From Oligoflexia bacterium (GTDB lineage: Bacteria; Bdellovibrionota; UBA1018): a stretch of 53,178 nt of DNA. The position numbers and the translations under genes were made by a program. Of the stretch, positions 38,597-47,703 are shown piece after piece. A model generated the notes under the pieces. That model did no database searches and was not told the origin of the DNA. It saw only the letters and a list, made by a program, of their open reading frames with translations. Within the stretch, counting starts at the first letter, position 1; the number at the start of each line of letters is the position of its first letter. The stretch covers positions 1 through 53,178 of the forward strand of contig CAIUGE010000111.1 in the NCBI GenBank assembly GCA_903898645.1, given 5' to 3'.

Positions 38597-40315
38597 TTAC
38601 CCTTCAGATGTTGTAGCGATTGCTTCTTCCAGCGTTGTGACGCCTTCATGTACTTTTCTCATGGCAGATTGCCTGAGTGTTGCCATCCCTTGACGCATGG
38701 CTTGTTTTTTAATTTCAGCATTACTTTCATTTTTCAGGACCATTTCTTTCAGCGCTGCAGTAAATTCGAGCACCTCATAGATTGCAACACGCCCCTTATA
38801 ACCTGTTTTTCCACACTGAGCACACCCCGTACCCTTATAGAGACGAAACTCTTGGGCTGTTATACGCCCCAAAGAACCGTCTTTCTCAAGCGCCATTATT
38901 TTCTCAATAGGCAAAGAATATGGCATCTTGCATCCATTACAGATCGTCCGCAAAAGTCTTTGAGCAACAATCGTATTGACTGATGCCACTACCAAAAATG
39001 GCTCAAGCCCCATATTCATCAACCGAGTAATAGTACTTGCAGCATCATTCGTATGGAGCGTTGAAAGTACCAAATGCCCAGTAAGCGCCGCCTGAACAGC
39101 AACTTCGGCTGTTTCGAAATCTCGAATTTCACCTACCAGAATAATATCAGGATCTTGCCGCAACAATGCCCGAAGCACAGACGCAAATGTCAGCCCAATA
39201 TCTTTTTGAATCTGCACCTGATTGACACCATCAAGGTTATATTCAACTGGATCTTCTGCAGTTGAAATATTATCTGATACCTGATTCAGATCACTGAGTG
39301 CTGAATAGAGGGTCGTTGTTTTTCCGCTTCCTGTAGGCCCTGTGACAAGCACCAGACCATTAGGAGCATAAATGCCTTTTTTAAAAATATCGAGCTGCTC
39401 TTTTTCAAATCCAATTTTTATTAAACTGAGTGCCAGGTTATTTTTATTCAACATACGTAGAACAATCTTCTCACCAAAAAGAGTCGGCATAGAATTAACG
39501 CGAAAATCAATCTCCTGCCCTGCATACCGTAATTTAATACGACCATCTTGCGGCACGCGACTTTCAGCAATATCCATACGCGACATAATCTTGAGCCGCG
39601 CGACAACAGAACGCTTCATGGTGAGTGGCACATCGGCCACCTCAAACATGGTCCCATCAATACGCAGCCTGACGCGAAAACGTTTCTCATAGGGCTCAAC
39701 ATGAATATCACTTGCTCCCCGCCGAATTGCCTCAACGAGCACTCCGTTGACAAGCTGAATCACCGGCACATCTTCAGTATTCGATGTACCAATCTCATGC
39801 ACAGTCACAAGCTCTAATTCATCGCCCGCATTTGTCTCTGTCTGCTGACTTTGCTCCTTCTTATACGTCTGAATAGCAGCACCAAGCTCTGCTGACCCTC
39901 CATAGTATTTAGCAAAAGCTGCCGAAAATGCCGTTGGGCCCGCAAGGACAACTTCGACATTCATTTTGACCGCAAATTTAATTTGTTCAAGTTTCTGCTG
40001 CATAGTGGGATCGCAGATCGCAACAACCAACACACCCCCAGAAAGCTGAATGGGGATGGCCTGCGCTTTTTTTACTACTTCAAGCGGAACACTCTTGAGA
40101 GTTTCCGACGTAATATCAAATCGAGCAAGGTTAATGGTAGGCAAAGAAAACTTCTGACTGAGAAACATCACAAGCTTTGACTCAGGCACATACCTTTTCT
40201 CTATCAAAAAAAGTGCGTGCGAACTCCCAGTCTTAGCCGCTTCAACAGCCTCGGCATGCTGAACACTTGTGATAAGTTTATCCTTCAGTAAAAGATCGGC
40301 CAACCCACGTGACAT
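38597..40315 (-). CDS. pilB: Type IV pilus extension ATPase PilB
   Basis: ASDIHVEP, DIAESRVPQDG, GPTGSGKTTTLY, TAEDPVEY, tetracysteine CNGC...CAQC, GYKGR. Confidence 0.96.
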   Translation of the reverse strand: MSRGLADLLLKDKLITSVQHAEAVEAAKTGSSHALFLIEKRYVPESKLVMFLSQKFSLPTINLARFDITSETLKSVPLEVVKKAQAIPIQLSGGVLVVAICDPTMQQKLEQIKFAVKMNVEVVLAGPTAFSAAFAKYYGGSAELGAAIQTYKKEQSQQTETNAGDELELVTVHEIGTSNTEDVPVIQLVNGVLVEAIRRGASDIHVEPYEKRFRVRLRIDGTMFEVADVPLTMKRSVVARLKIMSRMDIAESRVPQDGRIKLRYAGQEIDFRVNSMPTLFGEKIVLRMLNKNNLALSLIKIGFEKEQLDIFKKGIYAPNGLVLVTGPTGSGKTTTLYSALSDLNQVSDNISTAEDPVEYNLDGVNQVQIQKDIGLTFASVLRALLRQDPDIILVGEIRDFETAEVAVQAALTGHLVLSTLHTNDAASTITRLMNMGLEPFLVVASVNTIVAQRLLRTICNGCKMPYSLPIEKIMALEKDGSLGRITAQEFRLYKGTGCAQCGKTGYKGRVAIYEVLEFTAALKEMVLKNESNAEIKKQAMRQGMATLRQSAMRKVHEGVTTLEEAIATTSEG

Positions 40316-40353
40316 TTTTTATGTTCTCTTTGTTTATGATACATAAAAAAAAA

Positions 40354-41244
40354 TCACTCACAAACTGCAGAATCTGCCAGATAGGCAAAAGCTGCCTGCT
40401 TGTCTTTTCCAATCTGCTGAACCAAAAGTGCAGGCGAATCAAATCGTTCTTCTGCCCTCAATCGCTTTAAAAAAGTCACCTTGATAGGTTCGCCATAGTG
40501 CTCCCCCTGGTAACCACATGGCCTCAGTTCTGGGTAATAGGCAAAAAGATGCGTCTCAGTCACAAGGCCTGCTGCATGGAATGTTGGCCTATGCCCAATA
40601 TTTGTCATACTTGCATACTTCACGCCCCCCATCTCAGTCACTGTCACATAGACACCCCCACAAAAGGGCATGGGCTCATGCATATTGAGTGTTGGAAAGG
40701 ATAACTGCCCGCCACGCCTATCGCCCCGCATCACGACACCCCATTTCGTCAGTGGCTCTCCCAGCAAAGCATTACCTTCCTCAATGAGGCCCTGAGCAAA
40801 AAGTGCACGGATACGCGTACTCGATACGACTGCGCCACCCATCATAACAGATGGAACCACAATAAGCCTACAGTCATACTGCGCAGCGCAACTTGCTAGA
40901 AAATCAAGGCCTCCTTGACGCTTATGCCCAAAAGCAAAATCGGCCCCTACAACAATGATTTTTGCATTGCACTGCGCTATCAGGTATTTTTCAATGAAAT
41001 CCTCAGGACGTGTTGCAGCAAAATCGAGCGTAAAAGGCTGCTCAATGACCTTATCGCTCCAAGCCTGCAATGCATAGGCACGCTCCTCAAAACTCATCAG
41101 CGGTATAACATGGGCATTACTTAAAATATCACGAGGGTGCGGCCTAAAGGTATAGGCAACAACAGCACCTCTACTCCGTGCAACACGAAAAATCTCGCGA
41201 TGGCCACAGTGGAGTCCGTCAAAATTCCCAATTGCAACAACCAT
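40354..41244 (-). CDS. ribF: Riboflavin kinase / FMN adenylyltransferase
   Basis: AIGNFDGLHCGH, VGADFAFG, VSSTRIR, GDRRG..LSFPTLN, NIGHRPTF, ETHLF; TAATG overlap with the upstream gene. Confidence 0.93.
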   Translation of the reverse strand: MVVAIGNFDGLHCGHREIFRVARSRGAVVAYTFRPHPRDILSNAHVIPLMSFEERAYALQAWSDKVIEQPFTLDFAATRPEDFIEKYLIAQCNAKIIVVGADFAFGHKRQGGLDFLASCAAQYDCRLIVVPSVMMGGAVVSSTRIRALFAQGLIEEGNALLGEPLTKWGVVMRGDRRGGQLSFPTLNMHEPMPFCGGVYVTVTEMGGVKYASMTNIGHRPTFHAAGLVTETHLFAYYPELRPCGYQGEHYGEPIKVTFLKRLRAEERFDSPALLVQQIGKDKQAAFAYLADSAVCE

Positions 41245-41555
41245 TAGAAACGAAATCCACACTCGTCGATTTCAGAATCAATGGCATCAAATGGGTAGAT
41301 ACGACAGTTTGCAGGTCGCAATTCACCATAGATCCGGCAATACGGTAGATCTTCTGCATCTTTACCCAGGAACGGGCACTTGATAACCAGCTCACAGCAT
41401 CTCCCGCATCGATGGCATTCACCTTTGCGGTTCTCAACAATAGACTTCTCTACATACTCAGATTGAAAGGCACCTAGATAAGATCGACGTGTTTTTCGAA
41501 AGATCTGTCCAAGTAAACCTTTTTGACGCAATACTTTATCAATCCATTGCCGCAT
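41244..41555 (-). CDS. YkgJ/CxxCxxCC family cysteine-cluster protein
   Basis: CHRCGRCC...CPFL...CRIY..RPANCRIYPF...CGF. Confidence 0.8.
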   Translation of the reverse strand: MRQWIDKVLRQKGLLGQIFRKTRRSYLGAFQSEYVEKSIVENRKGECHRCGRCCELVIKCPFLGKDAEDLPYCRIYGELRPANCRIYPFDAIDSEIDECGFRF

Positions 41556-41576
41556 GCCTCTTCATAGCATTGAAGC

Positions 41577-41906
41577 TCAAGAAGGATCTATTTTTTTTTG
41601 TTCTAATTCTGTCGCACAGGAGTATGCTGCAGGCCCATTAAAAGTTACCGAATGCCAGCTCCCATCAATGAAGGCTCTCATTTCAGCCTCCCCTGAACGA
41701 AAACTGCACTGAAACACATGCCCCCGACAAGACACCTTCCAAATAGAACTCAAGCCCTGACACTCAACTTTAAGTTCTTCCTCTGGACATCCAACAATAG
41801 CTCGAGACTCCTCGCGTAACCGAGCCACATGATTTTAATGCCTCTGTGCCATACTGGTACATCCATTTATACATATGATACATACAATAAAAAAGGTGCT
41901 TTTCAT
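41577..41906 (-). pseudogene. Cys-rich lipoprotein gene split by an in-frame TAA (41835-41837)
   Basis: MKSTFFIVCIICINGC lipoprotein-type signal, TSMAQRH*, then the same frame continues NHVARLREESRAIVGCPEEEL...WKVSCRGHVFQCS to the stop at 41577. Confidence 0.65.
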
Positions 41907-42112
41907 CTCAATCTCTCTCAGTATTTTTCCGCATCCTATGGTCTTGCCACCACGCAATGTGCGCTCCCGGTAACTTACCTCTCGAGGTGATATGACGCAA
42001 CAAATCATAGTTGCAAGCAAAACACCACCACGTGCATTCTACCACAACATAATGCACATAGTCAATTAAGAATACCTTTGAATAGCGGCCAAAAAGGTCC
42101 ACAATTGGAAAT

Positions 42113-42910
42113 ATGAGCAAAATTATTACAGTCGCAAACCAAAAAGGCGGCGTTGGTAAAACAACAGCCACTATGAATATTGGCGCAGTTTTTGCCAAAA
42201 CCCATCGCGTCTTGCTCATTGACAGTGATCCTCAGGCAAATCTCACAAGCTACGCTGGGATCACGCCTGGAGAAGCGCCTTTTGACGCAATCCGTACATT
42301 GGACGAGATCTACACCGCCAAACGTCCCCTAGACAAATACATCTTACGTGAATTTATTGCCCCAACCAAGCAGCCCAACCTTGATATTCTCTGCGCTGAC
42401 AAGAATCTTGCGGGCATTGAGCACTACCTCTTAAGCCGCGAGAATCGTGAAACCATCCTCTCACGTACGCTTCAGGCAATTGACCTACTTTATGATTACA
42501 TCCTGATTGATACACCTCCTAGCACCAATACCCTCACCCTCAATGCCCTTGTAGCCAGCAACTATGTGCTAGTCCCTATGCAACCTGAATTTTTCAGCCT
42601 CGAGGGCATCGTCAAAATTCGCCAAACTATCACTATGGTGCAAGAGAAATGGAATCCTCAGCTCAAACTACTTGGCATCCTCCCTACCCATGTAGTTTCA
42701 AGGCGCAAACTGACCAGCGAGGTACTTGAAACGCTCCGTACTGAAATGCCCGAAGCCTTTATAGAAAACCATATCAGCGATAGCACCCTTGTCGCCGAGA
42801 GCTCAGGCCATGGCCGATCCATTTTAGACTACAGTCCCAAAAGCAAAAGTGCCCAAGAATTTGCAGCAGTCGCAGCCGATCTCATGAACCGTATTGAAAG
42901 GAATGCATGA
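42113..42910 (+). CDS. parA: ParA/Soj family ATPase (orphan)
   Basis: NQKGGVGKTT, LIDSDPQANL, YDYILIDTPPS, NALVA, PMQPEFFSLEG, AESSGHG. Confidence 0.92.
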   Translation: MSKIITVANQKGGVGKTTATMNIGAVFAKTHRVLLIDSDPQANLTSYAGITPGEAPFDAIRTLDEIYTAKRPLDKYILREFIAPTKQPNLDILCADKNLAGIEHYLLSRENRETILSRTLQAIDLLYDYILIDTPPSTNTLTLNALVASNYVLVPMQPEFFSLEGIVKIRQTITMVQEKWNPQLKLLGILPTHVVSRRKLTSEVLETLRTEMPEAFIENHISDSTLVAESSGHGRSILDYSPKSKSAQEFAAVAADLMNRIERNA

Positions 42911-43062
42911 TGAAAAAGGACCACCTTGGACGAAACCCCTTCGCAAAGAAAACAACAAAGAAGGCATCTCGCCAAAACGCGCTCCATCAAGCCCTATACT
43001 ACTTAGACAAAATTCCCTTTGGGAGAAAAATCCGCAACGCAGTACTTAGAGCGCTGGGGTAG
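42907..43062 (+). CDS. Small basic protein (51 aa), putative ParA partner
   Basis: ATGA-coupled to the parA stop; [19 protein letters not shown]...; below the ORF-track size cutoff. Confidence 0.55.
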   Translation: MMKKDHLGRNPFAKKTTKKASRQNALHQALYYLDKIPFGRKIRNAVLRALG

Positions 43063-43672
43063 TATTTACCAGAGTATTGCTATCATTTATCGTCCACACA
43101 TCAGCACCAACAGTTGTGCTTGTTGAGATATTGCCACAAGCTGCTGCCAGAAAGGTACTCGAAGTCATGGCCACGGTTGCAGGCCAACTAGCGGTACTAC
43201 AATCCGTCGCAACAGAATTCGCGCCAGCTGCTACTGTACGCGCAACCTCGTTGGCCGTAACACCTGCCATGGAACCCGCTGGAACGACACAAGCAAATCC
43301 CAGTCCACCGCTAAAATAAGACCCACAATTGATACCGGCAGTATTAGCAAGGCCGCCACCACCACAGTTAGTGTTACTCACTGCCGCAGCTGAAAATCCA
43401 ATACTATAGTAACGGTTTATCGAGCCAGGGGTAAACCCAATCATAGGTAGACATGCACTAAAAGACCCGGATTCTGCCGCATAGGCCTGCTCAGCAGTCG
43501 CCAAGGCGCCAAGATTGATCTTCGCTTCTGATTGCCGGGCGCGAGACTGATATTTTTGATAATTAGGAACTGCAATACTTGCCAGAATACCAATGATCGC
43601 AACAACAACCATAAGCTCAATCAGCGTAAAACCCTTCACCGTCCCAAGTACATTGCTATTTTTTCGGCTCAC
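43046..43672 (-). CDS. pilA: Type IVa pilin (probable major pilin)
   Basis: KG|[38 protein letters not shown]-terminal DVWTIND; AGGGGGG RBS before GTG 43672. Confidence 0.88.
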   Translation of the reverse strand: MSRKNSNVLGTVKGFTLIELMVVVAIIGILASIAVPNYQKYQSRARQSEAKINLGALATAEQAYAAESGSFSACLPMIGFTPGSINRYYSIGFSAAAVSNTNCGGGGLANTAGINCGSYFSGGLGFACVVPAGSMAGVTANEVARTVAAGANSVATDCSTASWPATVAMTSSTFLAAACGNISTSTTVGADVWTINDSNTLVNTTPAL

Positions 43673-43690
43673 TGAATAGTCCCCCCTGTG

Positions 43691-43719
43691 AAAGTACAAG
43701 ATTTAGATGTGTGTGACAA
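43691..43719 (-). promoter_or_regulatory. Putative sigma70-type promoter for pilA
   Basis: The - strand reads TTGTCA, 17 nt, TACTTT, followed closely by the AGGGGGG RBS. Confidence 0.5.
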
Positions 43720-43747
43720 GTCCTTATTCATAGATTACAAGTACTCC

Positions 43748-44437
43748 ATGGATGCAAAACTCATAATGATTCCATCATTCATAGTACTCATGCTTGTTCC
43801 ACAAGTCACATGGGAAACTAAGCCTCCCATCCCACAGGCAAGGAGTGCCGCATGGTTCAGACTCCTTGCCTGCGGGATGCAGCCCGCCCTGGTAGACGGC
43901 CTTGTCTTAGATGCATTTCTAGATGAAAATAAAAAAACCGGAAGCAAAAGTGATTTCTTCTATAAAGTGATGCTTCTAGCTGAACTCGACCCCAGGTTCC
44001 TCGCTGTCTATGACGCAGGCTCTGTGATACTCAGCATTGCCTTGCAGGATGACGCAGGCTCACAAACACTCTTAGCCAAGGGAACAACCTATGCAGATAC
44101 AGCAGAAGCTAAGCATCTCCTCCTCTGGCAGAATGAGGGCTGGCGCCTTGACATCATGCGTCTTTGGCACGCTCTCTTCCACGATGTACTTGAAGCAATA
44201 CCTATTCTCGACCACACCGTGCGCCTCTACCCCGGAGCCCCTCCCTATATGGCCCAGCTTGCAAAGAAACTTTCGACCAAACAGGGCACCTTAGAAACGA
44301 AACTGCGTGTTATTACCATGCTCCTCAACCGCAAACACAATCATGAAGTCCATCAAGCGCTTATACGCCAGAAAAAGGAGATTCAGGAAGAACTTCAGTA
44401 TGTCAGGGATAGCAAGATATATAACGTACCGTATTAA
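43748..44437 (+). CDS. Pilin-associated helical/TPR-like protein (Myxococcus PilG-like)
   Basis: N-terminal anchor, AELDPRFLAVYDAGSVILS, PGAPPYMAQLA motifs; adjacent to pilA. Confidence 0.6.
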   Translation: MDAKLIMIPSFIVLMLVPQVTWETKPPIPQARSAAWFRLLACGMQPALVDGLVLDAFLDENKKTGSKSDFFYKVMLLAELDPRFLAVYDAGSVILSIALQDDAGSQTLLAKGTTYADTAEAKHLLLWQNEGWRLDIMRLWHALFHDVLEAIPILDHTVRLYPGAPPYMAQLAKKLSTKQGTLETKLRVITMLLNRKHNHEVHQALIRQKKEIQEELQYVRDSKIYNVPY

Positions 44438-44463
44438 ATCCACAAAACCCACGCACATCCAGC

Positions 44464-46092
44464 CTAACTCTCCTTCAGTGCCCGCGCAAAGAGCCGCGCT
44501 TTCTCCACAAAAGCCTCCTGATCAGCAGGCCCTCCAGCAAAGCGCGCTTTATCGATTTCCTGCATCAGCATCTCATACTGCTGCCAAAGCCGTTTATCCA
44601 TGCCTTTTTGCTCAGCAATGCTTCGAAATGCCTCAAGCCCAACGGGGCGAACAGAAAGCTTAAGGTAATCCATAAGCACATGCTCGAGGTACTGAACCAA
44701 AGTCTCTGGCGAAAGCACAGGCGCTTGCACTCGAGGCGCTTGACGCCGGAAACGCCTAAAAAGAACAGGTGCAATCACACTGAGCAGCTCAAGACAAATC
44801 ACGCCTGCCATGACCGGTGGCCAAAAAGGCTTTTGTGCAGATGCTCGGTAATTTTTCTCGGGAGGCCGCAGGTCTGCAATTTTCTGCTGAGGCAATGGCT
44901 CAGTAGGCACAGGCACATCAACTGTATGCTGCGCATTAGGATCCACATGAAGCTTAAATGTCTCAAGCTCCTGCACAACATAGTCCTTTTTATGCGGATC
45001 AAAATAACGCACCTTGCCGCCACCGAGCACATAATCTCCTTCACGGCGAGGAACGAGAACAAATTCAAACTTTTTTGTTGCAACACCCTGAGCATCAATT
45101 TTTGCAGGCGATTGGTCCGAAGCATAAAGCTCAATACCGTCAGGGAAACGAAAAGTAGGCACTTTGACTGATGACAAATTACCCTTACCTTGAAGGGTCA
45201 TCTTAAAACTAAGAGCGTCATGCGCACGTACATTGTTTTTTGAAAGCGCTGTTGTAATAACAAAATTTCCAATTGCTCCTTCAAAAAGACCATCACGCGA
45301 GCTTGGCTCAGGCACATCCTGGACATGAATAGTCTGAGCTTCGGTTGCAGCTGATGCAACTTTTTGTCGCACCTGCCGCAGGAGCCCAAAAAAAGGATCC
45401 ATATCATCATCCATCTGAACTTGATAAGCGTACTGTAAATTCATAACAGGAATTTGAATATTTCCTGATTGAAGAGGAAAAAGCGCATAACGCGCAAACA
45501 AAGTTCGATCCCATGGCTCACCCTGAATTATAATGCGCTCTGTCGTAAGCGATTTTGTCAGATAGGGTAAGGCCAAATCCTCCCGCACAAAGCCTGCAGG
45601 CACTGAAAGCTGATCAAACTGAAGGTTTAATAATTGCACACGATGGAGGACATACAGACTTGCTAAGATTTCCTCACCTTTATAGACATGCGTTTTATCG
45701 ACATCGAGTCGAAAAAGCACGTGTGCTTTATTACTAGGAGTAGCTTGCGCTGTCACCTGGATCAAGATTTTAGGCGCATGCACAGAGCCAAGATGAATTC
45801 CATCAATCATGAGCGTCCCCATTTTCTTGGGACGCAGCATTTTTGTGAATTCAAGCACCTTGGATGAACGTACAGACGTACCATCGTACACTTGCTGCAT
45901 TGATACTGCGCTCGAAGAGCCAACAATTTGAAAATCAGGAGCTGAAAAACTTGGCTCCTCTACCTCTTCAGTTGCGTCAACAGTCAGCTTGAGCGTCAGC
46001 TCGTCTTGCAATCCTAAGGTGGTGCGATCAACTTCAGCCTTGAGACTGACATCTGCCCAGGCACCTGCCAGCAATATGCATACTATGAACAT
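44464..46092 (-). CDS. batD: BatD family protein
   Basis: AEVDRTTL, PKKMGTL.I, VDKTHVYKGE, LFPLQSGNIQI, GAIGNF, GKGNL, YFDP; C-terminal TM. Confidence 0.85.
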   Translation of the reverse strand: MFIVCILLAGAWADVSLKAEVDRTTLGLQDELTLKLTVDATEEVEEPSFSAPDFQIVGSSSAVSMQQVYDGTSVRSSKVLEFTKMLRPKKMGTLMIDGIHLGSVHAPKILIQVTAQATPSNKAHVLFRLDVDKTHVYKGEEILASLYVLHRVQLLNLQFDQLSVPAGFVREDLALPYLTKSLTTERIIIQGEPWDRTLFARYALFPLQSGNIQIPVMNLQYAYQVQMDDDMDPFFGLLRQVRQKVASAATEAQTIHVQDVPEPSSRDGLFEGAIGNFVITTALSKNNVRAHDALSFKMTLQGKGNLSSVKVPTFRFPDGIELYASDQSPAKIDAQGVATKKFEFVLVPRREGDYVLGGGKVRYFDPHKKDYVVQELETFKLHVDPNAQHTVDVPVPTEPLPQQKIADLRPPEKNYRASAQKPFWPPVMAGVICLELLSVIAPVLFRRFRRQAPRVQAPVLSPETLVQYLEHVLMDYLKLSVRPVGLEAFRSIAEQKGMDKRLWQQYEMLMQEIDKARFAGGPADQEAFVEKARLFARALKES

Positions 46093-47703
46093 CTACCAAT
46101 CCTTTTCTGGCTGCACAGCACCAGGCTTTGCTTGCGCCTGACGTAACTCCTTTTCACGATCCGCTATTCTTTGGAGTGCATTTTCCGTATCTTCTTTTGA
46201 GGGCCCATCTTTTTTTTCTTGAGGCTTTACTTCTTGCTGTTGCTGCTTTTGCTGCTGTTGCTGCTTTTGCTTCTGCTGCTCATTTTGCTTTTTTTGCTTC
46301 TCTTTTTTTTTCTCTTCCTCGCTATGCAAAAGTTCTAAATTTTTTCGCGATGCATACTCAGAATGCGCATCTTTTGCTTGCTGCGCACCAGCTATGGCAT
46401 CAATATATGCCTTTTCTGCCTGCGCGGTATCTCCTGCTTGCTTGAAAGCATGAGCGCGATTATACAGTGCCCGCGCCATAAGCTCTTGATCCCCACGCTG
46501 AAAAGCGCGTTGGGCAGCTTTTTCAAAAGCATTCGCTGCCTCCTTGTACTCTTTTTTTCCCATATGAACAAAAGCCTCATTAAAATCAGGCTCAGCATGG
46601 GTTGGATCATGAACCTGAGCATCACCAAAATGCTCATGCGCCTTATCAAGTGCACCTTTTTGCAAAGAACGCAAGCCTCGTGTATTTTCAATCACAGCCT
46701 GAACCGATGTTGACGGAGTTTCAGCCTGCACAGTCAGGCAAAGCAGTAAGAGCGAAGCAGGCAAAGCAAGATCGACTCCAAGCAATACAATCGCAAGCGC
46801 AAGCGGTATCCAAAATCGCTCTTCTGAAACACGAAGCTTTTTTTCCTGCCGATCCGTTTGCCCATAAGCTCCAAGTGCATGCACCAGCTGATCGATTTCA
46901 GACTCTTGATCCGTGGCACGCCAAAATTTCGCATGCGTTTTTTTTGCTAAAGTCTCTAAAAAATCTTTATGAAAACGACTCATAACAAACTCGCCTTGGC
47001 GATCTCGTTTAAATGTTTTACCTTGAGGAATCAATCCTCCCTTATCCGTACCAACACCTAAGATAAAAAATGGGTACGTGGTTTCAAAGTTCCCAGCTTC
47101 ATGATCTTCGCCATCTGTGATCAGCACAATAGCTGCTGCTTCCTTAGCCACTTCCAGACGTTCTAAAGCCTGATGGGCACCTTCAATACCGGAGATAATA
47201 GATGTACCTTGGTAAGGCATATTTTGCGGCGTCACAACACTGAGTGTATCTAAAAAATACTGCGTATCACTGGTCACTGGACATGCAAAATATGCATTCC
47301 CAGCAAATGCCACAAGCCCCATACGAGCGGATGGTAGTTTTGCTACTAAGGAACGCACCAAATGCCGCGCTTTTTCAAGACGCGATGGCACAACGTCTTC
47401 TGTCAACATGCTTTGAGAGAAATCCATTGCCAAGATAATATCTACCCCTGCAGTCTCAATCGTTTCCTCATGAGAACCAAATTGAGGCCGCGCTAAGGCA
47501 CAAAAAAGGAGCGATGCAGCAAGCAGCACAAGACGGAGCCGCCAAAGAGCACGCGTCATGCCTGGCGCTAAAATCCGCCACATAGGACGCATAGCAAAAT
47601 GCTCTAAACGCCGTTCTTTAAAAGAAGCTATTTTTGATGTGAGCAAGCATCCAAGCAGTGCAACAATCGACGCAAGCAGCCACCAGGGAGTCGCAAATGT
47701 CAT
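46093..47703 (-). CDS. batB: VWA + TPR protein (BatB/BatC-like fusion)
   Basis: ALARPQFG, MIDAS DFSQSM, PSRLEKA, LITDGEDH, then TPRs and a Q/K-rich tail ending EKDW. Confidence 0.82.
   Translation of the reverse strand: MTFATPWWLLASIVALLGCLLTSKIASFKERRLEHFAMRPMWRILAPGMTRALWRLRLVLLAASLLFCALARPQFGSHEETIETAGVDIILAMDFSQSMLTEDVVPSRLEKARHLVRSLVAKLPSARMGLVAFAGNAYFACPVTSDTQYFLDTLSVVTPQNMPYQGTSIISGIEGAHQALERLEVAKEAAAIVLITDGEDHEAGNFETTYPFFILGVGTDKGGLIPQGKTFKRDRQGEFVMSRFHKDFLETLAKKTHAKFWRATDQESEIDQLVHALGAYGQTDRQEKKLRVSEERFWIPLALAIVLLGVDLALPASLLLLCLTVQAETPSTSVQAVIENTRGLRSLQKGALDKAHEHFGDAQVHDPTHAEPDFNEAFVHMGKKEYKEAANAFEKAAQRAFQRGDQELMARALYNRAHAFKQAGDTAQAEKAYIDAIAGAQQAKDAHSEYASRKNLELLHSEEEKKKEKQKKQNEQQKQKQQQQQKQQQQEVKPQEKKDGPSKEDTENALQRIADREKELRQAQAKPGAVQPEKDW
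46210..46320 (-). repeat. Low-complexity Gln/Lys-rich coding tract
   Basis: EEEKKKEKQKKQNEQQKQKQQQQQKQQQQEVKPQEKK encoded by CAG/CAA/AAG iterations. Confidence 0.7.

Noticed and set aside
41908-42219. 103-aa - strand ORF overlapping the parA start
   Set aside because: Its N-terminal part is the antisense of the ParA Walker A region; the remainder has no recognisable features.
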